Shown in pieces: positions 18,729-28,888 of a DNA stretch of 64,000 nt (its first letter is position 1; the number at the start of each line of letters is the position of its first letter). The stretch spans positions 480,001 to 544,000 of the forward strand of contig JAKFBS010000001.1 of assembly GCA_036677065.1 (NCBI GenBank), read 5' to 3'. The position numbers and the translations under genes were made by a program. The notes under the pieces were generated by a model that worked only from the letters and a program-made list of their open reading frames with translations, had not been told where the DNA came from and did not search any database. This DNA is from Bdellovibrio sp. (GTDB lineage Bacteria; Bdellovibrionota; Bdellovibrionia; Bdellovibrionales; Bdellovibrionaceae).

Positions 18729-20336
18729 ATGTATGACAATGAAATAAAAATTGGTTTTTTGGAAGAAGGCGAACAAGTCATTGAAGAAATGGAGACATTG
18801 CTTCTTGATCTAGAGCACACTGCTGATAAAAAAGAAACGTTCGACGGAATTTTTCGCGCAGTTCATAATGTAAAAGGCAGCGCTAAGGCTGTCGGCTTTG
18901 ATCAATTGGGTGCTTACTGCCATGATTTAGAAACTTATCTATTAGTTTATAAAAATGGTGAAAAACCTTTAACAAAAGAAGTGATTAACTATCTGTTGAA
19001 ATCGCGTGATGTTATTGCCGCGGCCTTTGCGACCTATAAAAAAGATTTAAACGCGGTTTTTGATTTTAATGTCGGTTTTGACAGCGATGAATGTAATGAC
19101 GAAGAAAATTCGCAGATTGAAATGAACACGACGGGGCTCGTTGTTGCTAAAAAAGCTACGAACAGCAATGACACTTCAGTGCGTGTAAATTTACAACGTG
19201 TCGATAAATTAATTAATGCTGTTGGTGAATTGGTTGTGCTGGATTCAGTCTTACGCCAACAATGTCTGAGCTCGATGGATCAAGCTATTTTAAAAACTGT
19301 TGAACAGGCCGGAAAAATTATCAGAGAAGTTCAGGATTTATCTATGAGCTTGCGCATGGTGCCTGTGAAGCCGCTTGTGCAAAAATTGCAACGCATCAGC
19401 CGTGACACCTCATCATCTGTAGAAAAAAGTGTCGACTTTCGCGTAGTTGGCGAAGATATCGAAATTGATAAAACTATTCTGGACAGTATCAGTGATCCAT
19501 TGGTTCATATTATCAGAAATGCAATTGATCACGGTATCGAAGCGCCCGAAGAACGCGTCGTACAGGGAAAACCTGCCGCAGGCTTTTTAGAATTAAGTTT
19601 TTCGCAAGAAGGTGGAAAGCTGGTTTTGCGTATTAAAGATGATGGTAAAGGTTTAGATCAACAGCGCATCATCGCTAAAGCCATTGAAAAAAATATTATC
19701 ACAAGTGGTGATAATATGAATGAATCACAAATTTTTGAACTTATTTTTGCGCCTGGATTTTCTACCAAAGCGGCTGTAACAGAAGTTTCAGGTCGTGGTG
19801 TTGGTATGGATGTGGTTCGCACCAGTGTTGAATCATTAGGTGGACAAATTGAAATCAGTTCTGAATTACACAAAGGCACAGAGTTTACGATTGCGTTACC
19901 GTTAACGGTAGCCATTATCGAAGGCATGGTGGTTAAGACCACTCAAGATAATTTTATTATTCCATTTACGCAAGTTACTGAAACCGTAAAAATCACTGAT
20001 GAAAACTTAACAAAGGGTTCTGAATCAGGAACTTTATTAAATCTACGCGGTCGTTATTTGCCAGTTTATTCATTACGTGAACTATTAGGTGATAAAAAGA
20101 CAGTTAAAAAAAATGGCATCGGCATTATCGCCAAATCGGCACGAGTTAACTTTGTTGTCTTAGTTGATGATGTGGTTGGCCAGCAACAGATTGTTGTGAA
20201 GCAGCTAGGTGCAGAGCTTTCAGGGTTTAAACGTTTTATCGGAAGTGGTGTCTTGGGCGATGGCAAACCAGCTTTAATTTTAGATTTAGCCCAATTAGCA
20301 GATGAAGAATTAAAAAGAGTAAAGGATGTCGGATGA
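18729..20336 (+). CDS. cheA: Chemotaxis histidine kinase CheA (compact, no evident P2)
   Basis: Hpt FRAVHNVKGSA, HIIRNAIDHGIE, GFST...SGRGVGMDVV and a C-terminal CheW domain. Confidence 0.97.
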   Translation: MYDNEIKIGFLEEGEQVIEEMETLLLDLEHTADKKETFDGIFRAVHNVKGSAKAVGFDQLGAYCHDLETYLLVYKNGEKPLTKEVINYLLKSRDVIAAAFATYKKDLNAVFDFNVGFDSDECNDEENSQIEMNTTGLVVAKKATNSNDTSVRVNLQRVDKLINAVGELVVLDSVLRQQCLSSMDQAILKTVEQAGKIIREVQDLSMSLRMVPVKPLVQKLQRISRDTSSSVEKSVDFRVVGEDIEIDKTILDSISDPLVHIIRNAIDHGIEAPEERVVQGKPAAGFLELSFSQEGGKLVLRIKDDGKGLDQQRIIAKAIEKNIITSGDNMNESQIFELIFAPGFSTKAAVTEVSGRGVGMDVVRTSVESLGGQIEISSELHKGTEFTIALPLTVAIIEGMVVKTTQDNFIIPFTQVTETVKITDENLTKGSESGTLLNLRGRYLPVYSLRELLGDKKTVKKNGIGIIAKSARVNFVVLVDDVVGQQQIVVKQLGAELSGFKRFIGSGVLGDGKPALILDLAQLADEELKRVKDVG

Positions 20337-20785
20337 AAATCACACAAAAGTTTTTAAGTTTTATAGTCGGAGCCGAAAGTTTTGCAGTACCTTTGTTAAA
20401 GGTGCGCGAAGTGATCGGGATGCCAGAAGTTACTGCGATACCACAAGCGCCAGCGCATGTGGTGGGAATCATTAATTTGCGAGGACAAATTATTACAATA
20501 TTTGATCTGCGCTCGCGCTTGAATTCAAGCACGAAGGGTGAACAACCCACGGTCATTATTTGTGAAATGCCCTTTGGACAAATGGGTATCATTGTTGATA
20601 TGGTATCAAGCGTACTTTCAGCAGATTCAGAACAAATTTCTGAAGTACCGCCTGGATCACGTGCGGCAAATCATGATTTTATCACTAGCATTTATTCAAA
20701 TGAAGACGTGTTAATTTTAATGTTAGACGTTGAAAAAGTGATCGGCCGCGATATGAGAGTAGCTCAAGCAACGAGTGCCGCTTAA
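20333..20785 (+). CDS. cheW: CheW coupling protein
   Basis: VREVI...IPQAPAHVVGIINLRGQII. Confidence 0.95.
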   Translation: MKITQKFLSFIVGAESFAVPLLKVREVIGMPEVTAIPQAPAHVVGIINLRGQIITIFDLRSRLNSSTKGEQPTVIICEMPFGQMGIIVDMVSSVLSADSEQISEVPPGSRAANHDFITSIYSNEDVLILMLDVEKVIGRDMRVAQATSAA

Positions 20786-22488
20786 TGAAAAACAACATGT
20801 CAGCGATTATGTCTTTAGCCTCTGAGGTCTCAGAGGTTTCTGGCGTTCAGCTGGGCGAAAAACAGCAAGATATGGTGATTCAGCGCTTACGCCGGCGCAT
20901 GACATTGTTAGGCTTAAAATCAGAAGCTGAATATATCGATTATTACCGAAAAAATCGCACCGAAGAATTTCGCGAGCTGATTTCTTTATTTACGACTCAT
21001 CATACATATTTTTTTCGTGAATTTAAACACTTTGAAATTTTGCGGCAGCACACTTTGCCGCAATTGATTCCCTTAGTACGCAAACGCGCTGATAAAACGA
21101 TTCATTTATGGTCGGCGGCTTGTAGTCGTGGGCACGAAGTTTATTCGTTAGCTATTTTTTTAGAACAGTGTTTAAAAGATTTAGCACCAGATCTGAATTT
21201 TCGCCTGCATGGAACAGATATCGATGCCATTTCAGTCGAATTTGCTAAAAATGGAGTATTCACTAAAAAAGAGGTGGATACTATTCCGTTGGCCTACCAG
21301 ACCGGAACTTTTATTCGTGGTCGCGGTGAATATGCTGATTTTACCCGGGTACATCAACGCTTGCATGAACGCTGTTCATTTGACGTGGCTAATTTAGTTG
21401 ATGTTAAAACTTGGCCTAAGCAAAACTTTGATATTATTTTTTGTCGCAATGTTTTTATTTATTTTTCGGCCAGCGATATGGAAAAAACCGCCCGAAATTT
21501 TCAAAAAAGATTGAATGATAGTGGATATTTATTTTTAGGACTGACTGAAACTCTGAACGGGTTAGATGTAAAATTAAAAACTGCAGGACCATCGGTTTAT
21601 ATGCAAGCTAAAGAAAAAGCTTCACCATTATCATTGGTGCCAAATCAACCAGTCATGCAAGCTCAGCCGTCAGTGCAAATAAAACAGCAACCTTTAATAC
21701 GCCGGGTTTTATGCGTGGATGATTCACCCACGATTTTAAGTTTATTAAAACAAACCTTTACGCGTGCCGATGGCTTTGAAGTGGCTGATACAGCAAATAA
21801 CGGTAAAGAGGCCTTAGATAAAATTGCAAAAAATAAATACGATCTGATTACTTTAGATATTCATATGCCGATTATGAACGGTTTAGAGTTTTTAAAAAAT
21901 AGCCAAAGTCCAAATCGTCCACCGGTGATAGTGATTAGTTCAGTAGACAGACAAGAGCAATCATTGGCTTTAGAAGCCCTGCGTTTGGGCGCGAAAGACT
22001 ATGTTGAAAAACCAAGTCTTAAAACTTTTGATGCAAGCCGTGAAGAGATTTTATTTAAAGCGCGCACACTGGCGGTGGATAATAAAGTCAGCGATTTTAA
22101 TAACTCATTAGATAAAACTTTTGGCGGAAAAGAAATTGCGGCCAATGCCTACGGCCAAATTGCAGTTTTGCATACTCCGCACGATTTAGCTCGCGCTAAA
22201 AACTATCAAGCCAGCTGCACCACTCCAGCCCTTAAAAATACCTTACTGGAATTTCAGGGATTTATGCTGCCATTTGAAATAAAATCCTGTGACGCTGTTG
22301 TCATTGTAAGTGAGTTTCCAGCACATGTCTTAGAGCAGGTTAAAAAATTAGGTAAAAAAGTTTATTTATTAGAAGATGCCTATAAGCAGTTGAAACCTCA
22401 ATTGATCAAAGATTTTGAGTTGTATCCCATGGCCAGTCTTAGTTATGCGGTAAGCCGGTTTGTAAGAGAACAAAATGATAAAAAGTAA
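20785..22488 (+). CDS. cheR: CheR methyltransferase fused to a CheB-type receiver and degenerate C-terminal domain
   Basis: TTHHTYFFRE, WSAACSRGHEVYS and IFCRNVFIYF, followed by REC motifs VDDS, TLDIHMP and DYVEKP. Confidence 0.9.
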   Translation: MKNNMSAIMSLASEVSEVSGVQLGEKQQDMVIQRLRRRMTLLGLKSEAEYIDYYRKNRTEEFRELISLFTTHHTYFFREFKHFEILRQHTLPQLIPLVRKRADKTIHLWSAACSRGHEVYSLAIFLEQCLKDLAPDLNFRLHGTDIDAISVEFAKNGVFTKKEVDTIPLAYQTGTFIRGRGEYADFTRVHQRLHERCSFDVANLVDVKTWPKQNFDIIFCRNVFIYFSASDMEKTARNFQKRLNDSGYLFLGLTETLNGLDVKLKTAGPSVYMQAKEKASPLSLVPNQPVMQAQPSVQIKQQPLIRRVLCVDDSPTILSLLKQTFTRADGFEVADTANNGKEALDKIAKNKYDLITLDIHMPIMNGLEFLKNSQSPNRPPVIVISSVDRQEQSLALEALRLGAKDYVEKPSLKTFDASREEILFKARTLAVDNKVSDFNNSLDKTFGGKEIAANAYGQIAVLHTPHDLARAKNYQASCTTPALKNTLLEFQGFMLPFEIKSCDAVVIVSEFPAHVLEQVKKLGKKVYLLEDAYKQLKPQLIKDFELYPMASLSYAVSRFVREQNDKK

Positions 22489-23524
22489 AATCAGAACTTT
22501 GATTGTCGATGATTCTGTAACGATTCGAAAAGTGATTCGTCATTTATTAGAATCAGATGCGCGTTTTGAAGTTGTCGGCGAAGCAGCCACACCCAGTGAA
22601 GCGCTTAAAGAAATTCGCTTGCGTAATATTGATTTGATCACGATGGATTTGCATTTACCGCAAAAAACCGGTGCTGATCTTATTAAGGAATATATGGCGA
22701 TTCGTCCGATTCCCACGGTAGTGATTAGTTCACTCAGACCCGAAGAATCACATTTAGTCTTAGAAAGTCTAGAAAATGGGGCTGTTGATTATATTCAAAA
22801 ACCCGATCAAAAAACAATTCTAGCTAACCGGGTTGAAATATTAGATCGTTTATTTCATGCTGCCCAAGCAAAGTTAGTGAGTAATAATAAACACACAAAA
22901 CAAGAAGCGCTTTTGTCACAGACTGGCAATGGACTTTTAGTTATCGGGGCCTCGACTGGTGGAACTGAAGCGATCAAAACATTACTCGCCCAATTGGGAT
23001 CAAAAATTCCTCCAACGCTTATTGTGCAACATATTCCGCCATTCTTCAGTGAAGCGTTTGCCACACGATTAAATAAACTTTTTCCTTTCGAGGTTAAAGA
23101 AGCCAAGAATGGGGATAAGGTTCAGGAAAACCGTGCCCTGATTGCTCCTGGTGGCATGCAGATGAGACTGGCAAAAAAAGGGCAAGATTTTTTTGTCGTT
23201 ATTGAAGATAGCCCTCCGGTGAATCGTCATAAACCTTCGGTAGATTTTTTATTTGATTCAGTTAAGCATGAATATAGCGGCCCCAAAGTTGCGGTGCTAC
23301 TTACGGGGATGGGCGCGGATGGCGCAGAAGGAATGTTAAAGCTTAGATCAGTTGGTGCTTACACCATTGCGCAGGACGAACAAACTTGTGTTGTGTTCGG
23401 AATGCCGCGCGAAGCAATTAAACGAAATGCTGCAGTAAAGGTATGTGGTCTACATGAAATGGGAACCGCTATTCACAATGGTTTTACGAGTTTACTGAGT
23501 CCAAAAAAGGGCCAGGCAAGTTGA
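22475..23524 (+). CDS. cheB: CheB methylesterase
   Basis: REC domain plus GASTGG, QHIP and TGMGADG catalytic motifs. Confidence 0.96.
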   Translation: MIKSKIRTLIVDDSVTIRKVIRHLLESDARFEVVGEAATPSEALKEIRLRNIDLITMDLHLPQKTGADLIKEYMAIRPIPTVVISSLRPEESHLVLESLENGAVDYIQKPDQKTILANRVEILDRLFHAAQAKLVSNNKHTKQEALLSQTGNGLLVIGASTGGTEAIKTLLAQLGSKIPPTLIVQHIPPFFSEAFATRLNKLFPFEVKEAKNGDKVQENRALIAPGGMQMRLAKKGQDFFVVIEDSPPVNRHKPSVDFLFDSVKHEYSGPKVAVLLTGMGADGAEGMLKLRSVGAYTIAQDEQTCVVFGMPREAIKRNAAVKVCGLHEMGTAIHNGFTSLLSPKKGQAS

Positions 23525-23557
23525 CCAAATTTAGAAATCTTAACATAATTAACCTCG

Positions 23558-24265
23558 ATGAATAAAAAAAGACTTTTAATATTAGATGACGATATCAGAA
23601 TCTGTGAAGTTTTAGCGCAAGGGTTAAGTGGTGAATTCGAAGTCACAACAACTCATGATGCTGACATCGCCTATCGTATTATTACAAAAAATTCACCTGA
23701 TATTATCTTGCTCGATATTCATTTAGGCACTGGCTGTGGCATCAGTCTTTGTAAAAAACTAAGAGCTAACCAGCTTATTAAAAATATTCCAATCTTGATT
23801 CTGACTGGGCATGGAACCACAGATAAAATGTTACAATCGTTTGACGTCGGTGCTGATGATTACATTGAAAAGCCAGTTGATCTGGTCGTTATTAAAGCCA
23901 GATTAAATGCACGCTTAAGACGGGTGCAAGAGCTTTCACATACTGGGGTATGTTTTGGTAATTTAAAACTATACTCTGAGCGTTTTGAAATTGAACTTGA
24001 TGGCCGCTGTGAACGTTTAAGTGAAATTGAATTTAACATGCTTAGAATTTTTCTATCGAACCCTAATAAAAAAATCTCGCGCATGGATATTTTAAAAACA
24101 ATTTGGAATGATACGCGTGTCGAAGAACGTACGGTTGACGTGCACATCAGTTCGTTACGCCGTAAATTAAAAGACTTCAATCATCATATTAAAGCTTTGT
24201 ACGGAAGCGGCTATATTCTGCGCCCCAGCGAAAAAAAAAGCCTATTTAAATCTTTTGAAGCGTAA
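23558..24265 (+). CDS. OmpR/PhoB family response regulator
   Basis: REC domain plus winged helix ERTVDVHISSLRRKL...GSGY. Confidence 0.93.
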   Translation: MNKKRLLILDDDIRICEVLAQGLSGEFEVTTTHDADIAYRIITKNSPDIILLDIHLGTGCGISLCKKLRANQLIKNIPILILTGHGTTDKMLQSFDVGADDYIEKPVDLVVIKARLNARLRRVQELSHTGVCFGNLKLYSERFEIELDGRCERLSEIEFNMLRIFLSNPNKKISRMDILKTIWNDTRVEERTVDVHISSLRRKLKDFNHHIKALYGSGYILRPSEKKSLFKSFEA

Positions 24266-26116
24266 AGTAACTTCGGTGCCATGATTAACTTTGGAATCTA
24301 CGTGAATGGTTGCGCCATAAACAGCTAAAAAATCGCGAACAATCAGTAACCCACTACCAGTACCTATTTCGCCACTTGTTCCAACCTGGCTGACAATGGC
24401 ATCTTCATCAAATAAGCGATCCAAAACTTGGTGCGGAATACCCACACCTTCATCTTTAATCTTAAGTTCGACGGTCGAATGATTTACTGCCACTGCGGTA
24501 ATAATAATAGTTTTACCGTTATGAGAAAATTTACAAGCATTGCTTATAAGATTTGAAAGTACCTGATGATATAAGCTGGTTTTCTCTGCCAACACTAACA
24601 ATTTCTCTTCGGGAAAATTAATCTGCACAGTCAGTTGTTTCTTTTTGATGTCGGGCTGATACATTTCGATAACTTCGGCAATACATTTTTTTAGATCAAC
24701 AGGATTGATATTTAAAACTTGTTGGCCACGCACCAAAAAATTATTTTTGGCATTTTCAATAATTTCTGCTTGTTCTTGAGCGGCATATAAAATGCGATCT
24801 ATGTTTTTTTCTGCGCTTTCAGATTTCGGATTTTCTTTTAAAATTTGTGCGCTCGTTTTTACAAGCTGTGTGGTGTTGGATAAGTCGTGCGACAATGTGC
24901 GCAGTAAAGTTTTTACGACCTTACCTTCTTCGCCTTGAGCCTGAGCAAAACCGACCTTTAAAGTCAGCTTTTGTAATTTTTGAAAAATAACAATATTAAG
25001 AATCAGGCCTTCTAACGTTCGACCTAATATCGCGTAATAACCAAAAAGCCAAAAACCTTGAATATGGCCAGCACGGTAAGCAGCCCAGATTAAGTTACAA
25101 ACAATCGCTACGCCCCAGGCGATAGCGACTGATTCAGCCCACAGACGTTTTTGGGCGATAAAATAAATTAACGTCGCGCCGGTTAAAAACATTGATAATG
25201 AGATTGCTGGTAATAGTAATTTCCAAACAAAAATCTTTGTTTCGGGAAAAAAACTTAAGAACACTAATCCAACAATCGCTGTTAAAAATGCGGTATACAC
25301 TTTATTCAGTACAGGATGTCTTTTTGGAATTTCAAAGAAAACCCGCATAAAAAGCAAATCGAAAAACACGGTCATAATCAGAACTGGAAAAAGTAAAGTT
25401 GTACCGGTAAACAGAACAGTACCCGTGCGGTAAGTATCCCAAATACCTCTGTTAATTGTTATCGAAGCTAAAAGATTAAGGTAGAAAAGGCCGTAGATTA
25501 AAAAACTGGGTTCTTTTAATGAACTAAAAAAAATTAATGCCAAAAGTGCTACGACCAGATAAATGCCAGAGGATAATCCAATAAAATGCACTAAAAATAC
25601 AGTCACTTTATTGAAATAGGTTTTTTTCATGAAATAAAATTCATTATTGATGCCACTAGCTCCGGGAACTATCTGCAAATAATAAATACGGTTCTTGAAT
25701 TGGCTCTTATTGACGGGAAAAGCATACTGCCGTGTAGGTGTGTGGCAGCTTGCAGAATTTATTTCTACATCACAGATTCCCAAATTTTCGACACCCTTTT
25801 CGTGGCTAATATAACCTTGCATCGAAAGTGCCGTTTCATTTGAACCAGTAAAAAGAACCGCATCTTGATTCCAAGAATCTAACTTGTCAGGAATTAAAAT
25901 TTTTAACCAAATAGCGGTGGCTGTAGGAGGAATGGTTTTTTTACCCGATGGCGAAAAATTTTGTTGCGTGACACTTTCAATGGTGTGTTCACCCTTGATG
26001 TCTAAAAAGTATTGCACATCATCAATGCGAAAATAGCTGTCTGTAGAGATTTCTGCGAATAAAAAACTGCATACAGTAACAAGCAATGTCCAAAGCACCG
26101 GATAAAACCAGCGCAT
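24242..26116 (-). CDS. 7TM-DISM sensor histidine kinase
   Basis: Periplasmic domain and about 7 TM helices. H-box SHDLSN, N-box NLISNACKFS, and G boxes DEGVG and GTGSGL. Confidence 0.9.
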   Translation of the reverse strand: MRWFYPVLWTLLVTVCSFLFAEISTDSYFRIDDVQYFLDIKGEHTIESVTQQNFSPSGKKTIPPTATAIWLKILIPDKLDSWNQDAVLFTGSNETALSMQGYISHEKGVENLGICDVEINSASCHTPTRQYAFPVNKSQFKNRIYYLQIVPGASGINNEFYFMKKTYFNKVTVFLVHFIGLSSGIYLVVALLALIFFSSLKEPSFLIYGLFYLNLLASITINRGIWDTYRTGTVLFTGTTLLFPVLIMTVFFDLLFMRVFFEIPKRHPVLNKVYTAFLTAIVGLVFLSFFPETKIFVWKLLLPAISLSMFLTGATLIYFIAQKRLWAESVAIAWGVAIVCNLIWAAYRAGHIQGFWLFGYYAILGRTLEGLILNIVIFQKLQKLTLKVGFAQAQGEEGKVVKTLLRTLSHDLSNTTQLVKTSAQILKENPKSESAEKNIDRILYAAQEQAEIIENAKNNFLVRGQQVLNINPVDLKKCIAEVIEMYQPDIKKKQLTVQINFPEEKLLVLAEKTSLYHQVLSNLISNACKFSHNGKTIIITAVAVNHSTVELKIKDEGVGIPHQVLDRLFDEDAIVSQVGTSGEIGTGSGLLIVRDFLAVYGATIHVDSKVNHGTEVTLRFKRFK

Positions 26117-26970
26117 TACTTATCCTCGTTCTGGCTGTTGATTCCGAAAGTTTGGCGCAGGATAGCCATGGAATCCATCGATTGTCGCATCTGTTTTTGG
26201 GTGATCTTTTTTTGTTGGTCACTAAGAACCTGCATTAATTCACGCAAGCGGTAAGTTGTTTTGCTTAAAAGTTCACTGGCATGTTGCGGTGATATTTTTT
26301 CATGGCGTAATAATTCTATTAATAAATCTAACGACTGCAGAGGTGTGTTAGTTAGGTCACGCAAGGCTAAGGCAACTTCAGCAAAATCGCGAAGATTTTT
26401 TTCTTTAGCTTGCGATTCAATAAGCGTGGCATGTAATTTTAAAGTGCCTAACCTATGGTGCAGTACTAAAAATGCAGCTAAGGCATAGCACATGGTGATC
26501 CAAGGCTCATACAGTCCTGGTACTTGCATGACTTCGCGTGAAAGCAAAAGCACTTGCATGGGTGGAATGAATAAACATAAACCTAATGAAAGGTAACCCA
26601 CAAAATGCGGAAAAGGTGCAAGCATCGCAATAACAACTGCGGCGATTTTGTAATTTTCAAAGTAAGTGATCTGCAAATTTTTTGCTGCACCGATATCAGC
26701 AGTTTCACTGCTTGGTAATAACGTGCAAATCATTATACACATCATCAGGATTGAAGAATATTTAACTGGCATGCGCGTATATTTATTTGAAATAAAAAAT
26801 GTCAGCGCAGCGACAGCTAAGCTAAAATACCATAATCCCGTCACTGGCAAACCAGCATTAATGCGAATGATCAGCGATAGTGGCAATATACATAATGCCA
26901 CTATGGCGTAAGTGCGCGTAGATCTTGAAGCTAATTGTTTATCATCAAGAGCAAATGGATTGTTCATCAT
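26116..26970 (-). CDS. Multi-TM protein with pseudo-HisKA tail (His replaced by Arg, no ATPase domain)
   Basis: About 6 TM helices, a coiled coil and ALRDLTNTPLQSL, then the protein ends. Confidence 0.6.
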   Translation of the reverse strand: MMNNPFALDDKQLASRSTRTYAIVALCILPLSLIIRINAGLPVTGLWYFSLAVAALTFFISNKYTRMPVKYSSILMMCIMICTLLPSSETADIGAAKNLQITYFENYKIAAVVIAMLAPFPHFVGYLSLGLCLFIPPMQVLLLSREVMQVPGLYEPWITMCYALAAFLVLHHRLGTLKLHATLIESQAKEKNLRDFAEVALALRDLTNTPLQSLDLLIELLRHEKISPQHASELLSKTTYRLRELMQVLSDQQKKITQKQMRQSMDSMAILRQTFGINSQNEDK

Positions 26971-27332
26971 AGAGAGCCAATGATTTGTATTAAATCTTGC
27001 GCTGGAACGGGCTTAAGTAACACCTGGGTTTCATCAAAAATAAGAGCTTCGCGAGTTTCTTCTGAATCAACAGCATGTCCGGTCAGAAAATAAACTGGTT
27101 TATTATAACCTAAACTTCGCAGCCAGCGATAAGCCTGAACGCCAGAAGGTTGATGGATTCCAAGATTGATGTCTAAAAAAGCCATATCACTTTTAAGAAT
27201 GTTTTCTTCTTTTGAAAACATTTCATCAAAGCTTGAGGCCAAGATGACTTGACAGACACAGCTGGTTTCAGCAAAAGCCTTCATCACTTCAAGAAGTTCT
27301 TGGCTATCATCCAAAAAGAATATGGTCTTCAT
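26967..27332 (-). CDS. Single-domain response regulator
   Basis: FLDDS, FLDINL, LTGH and LKP motifs; ATG at 27332. Confidence 0.85.
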   Translation of the reverse strand: MKTIFFLDDSQELLEVMKAFAETSCVCQVILASSFDEMFSKEENILKSDMAFLDINLGIHQPSGVQAYRWLRSLGYNKPVYFLTGHAVDSEETREALIFDETQVLLKPVPAQDLIQIIGSL

Positions 27333-27419
27333 TGTGAGCCCCTTCGAAGCAGGCATTTAAGCAATGGAACAACGTGATTGCAAACTATTGCCATACATCT
27401 TTGAATTGGGTGCTATTTT

Positions 27420-27435
27420 TGGGACGCAAATTGCG
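27420..27435 (+). promoter_or_regulatory. sigma54-type -24/-12 promoter
   Basis: TGGGACGCAAATTGCG, one mismatch from TGGCACG-N4-TTGC, upstream of the serine hydrolase. Confidence 0.5.
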
Positions 27436-27516
27436 AAATTTAACTAAATTTTAACAGGATTTTTACAGCTAATTCGTGACTTTGGCATTCTGCTTTAGAT
27501 AAGCTCAGAATTAATC

Positions 27517-28575
27517 ATGAAAACAAAGATAATTTTATTTATTTTCTCATTGTTCGCGGTTTCTGCGCTAGTAGCTAAAAGCCCGTCGCCGCTTCAGCAA
27601 ATGGAACAAATTGCTTTTGCTCCAAAAACTGAAACAGACTCGCTATTACTGTATGCAGACGGCGAACTTCTTTTCGAACGTTATGAAAATGGTTACACCG
27701 CAGATAATAAACATATCGCGTGGTCGACTTCGAAAAGTATTTCAAGCGCAATTATTGGCGCTTTGGTTTACCAAAAACATTTAGATATTCAAAAATCGAT
27801 CTGTGATTATGTGCCTGCGGCCAAAGAATTTAAGCACTGCGATCTGCGTGCAACTGATTTTTTAAGTTGGTCATCAGGTTTAACTTGGACTGAAGCTTAT
27901 GAAGATCCAAGTGGCGATCGTGAACAATCATCAGTGGCGCAACTTCTTTATGGTGATGCCATTGCTGATACCACTCAGTTTATGATTTCTCACCCTTCAA
28001 AAAATGCAGGTAAAAAAGAGTGGAACTATTCAACGGGTGATTCAACTTTTTTAATGAGCATTGCTAAAGCTGCTGTTCCTAAAGCAGAACAACAAACTTT
28101 TCCGTGGAAGTACTTATTTGATCCATTGGGAATAGACGTTACGTTTGGACAAGATCAATCCGGCACCTTTGGTGGGGGTTCTTCAATTTATATTCGTCCG
28201 CGTGATTTAGCAGTCATCGGGGATTTGTATTTAAAACGTGGTTTATGGAATGGCAAACGTATTTTTTCTGAAGCGTGGGTTGATTACACAAATTCACGTC
28301 CTGAAACTTTTGATTTGTTCAATTCTGAAGAATTCACATTTCATTCAAAACGCAGTTGGTGGACAATTAATCCAAAGATAGCGTCGGCAAAAAAAATTCC
28401 TGACAGCCTGATTGCAAATGGCCACTGGGGGCAATATTTAGTGATTATACCATCATTAAATATGGTGCTGGTGCGAATGGGAAATAACCAAGCTCTTGAT
28501 TCTGATTTTGACTTAATCGCAGTTATTGAAAAAGCCGTACGTGCTGTTGAACAACATCAAGGTGGTAAAAAATGA
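27517..28575 (+). CDS. Secreted serine hydrolase, beta-lactamase/AmpC-like fold
   Basis: Signal peptide; SxxK (WSTSKS), WNYSTG and GHWGQY motifs. Confidence 0.85.
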   Translation: MKTKIILFIFSLFAVSALVAKSPSPLQQMEQIAFAPKTETDSLLLYADGELLFERYENGYTADNKHIAWSTSKSISSAIIGALVYQKHLDIQKSICDYVPAAKEFKHCDLRATDFLSWSSGLTWTEAYEDPSGDREQSSVAQLLYGDAIADTTQFMISHPSKNAGKKEWNYSTGDSTFLMSIAKAAVPKAEQQTFPWKYLFDPLGIDVTFGQDQSGTFGGGSSIYIRPRDLAVIGDLYLKRGLWNGKRIFSEAWVDYTNSRPETFDLFNSEEFTFHSKRSWWTINPKIASAKKIPDSLIANGHWGQYLVIIPSLNMVLVRMGNNQALDSDFDLIAVIEKAVRAVEQHQGGKK

Positions 28576-28883
28576 AATTAGTTTTAATTATTATCACGAT
28601 GATATGTGCCGCTACAGTTAGTGCAGGAGTTCTTCCTTATAAAACCAAACTTCCATTTTTAGCGACCCGTTACCGCGCGTTTCACACTTGCAACTGCTTG
28701 TACGTGATGAAAATGAACCAGACCTACTGCGAGAATTTCAGTAAAGTTGATCCGCCGATTTTTACTCTAACAATTGATGCTGCCAACAAATCGGTGTCGT
28801 CGGGCATTTCGGGAATGGATTTTAAACCCGCTGTGGCAAAATTTGTGAATGATCGCACAGGTTGCCACATCATTAACGATTAA
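28572..28883 (+). CDS. Small secreted Cys-containing protein coupled to the serine hydrolase
   Basis: ATGA overlap, signal peptide, YRAFHTCNCLYV and a terminal GC motif. Confidence 0.65.
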   Translation: MKLVLIIITMICAATVSAGVLPYKTKLPFLATRYRAFHTCNCLYVMKMNQTYCENFSKVDPPIFTLTIDAANKSVSSGISGMDFKPAVAKFVNDRTGCHIIND

Positions 28884-28888
28884 TCGAT

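Noticed and set aside
27377..27393. Minus-strand TGGCAATAGTTTGCA as a sigma54 promoter for the response regulator
   Set aside because: GG-to-GC spacing is 9 nt rather than the required 10.
27517..28575. Beta-lactam resistance gene
   Set aside because: Only the general SxxK hydrolase fold is evident. The class C YxN and KTG motifs are not present as such.
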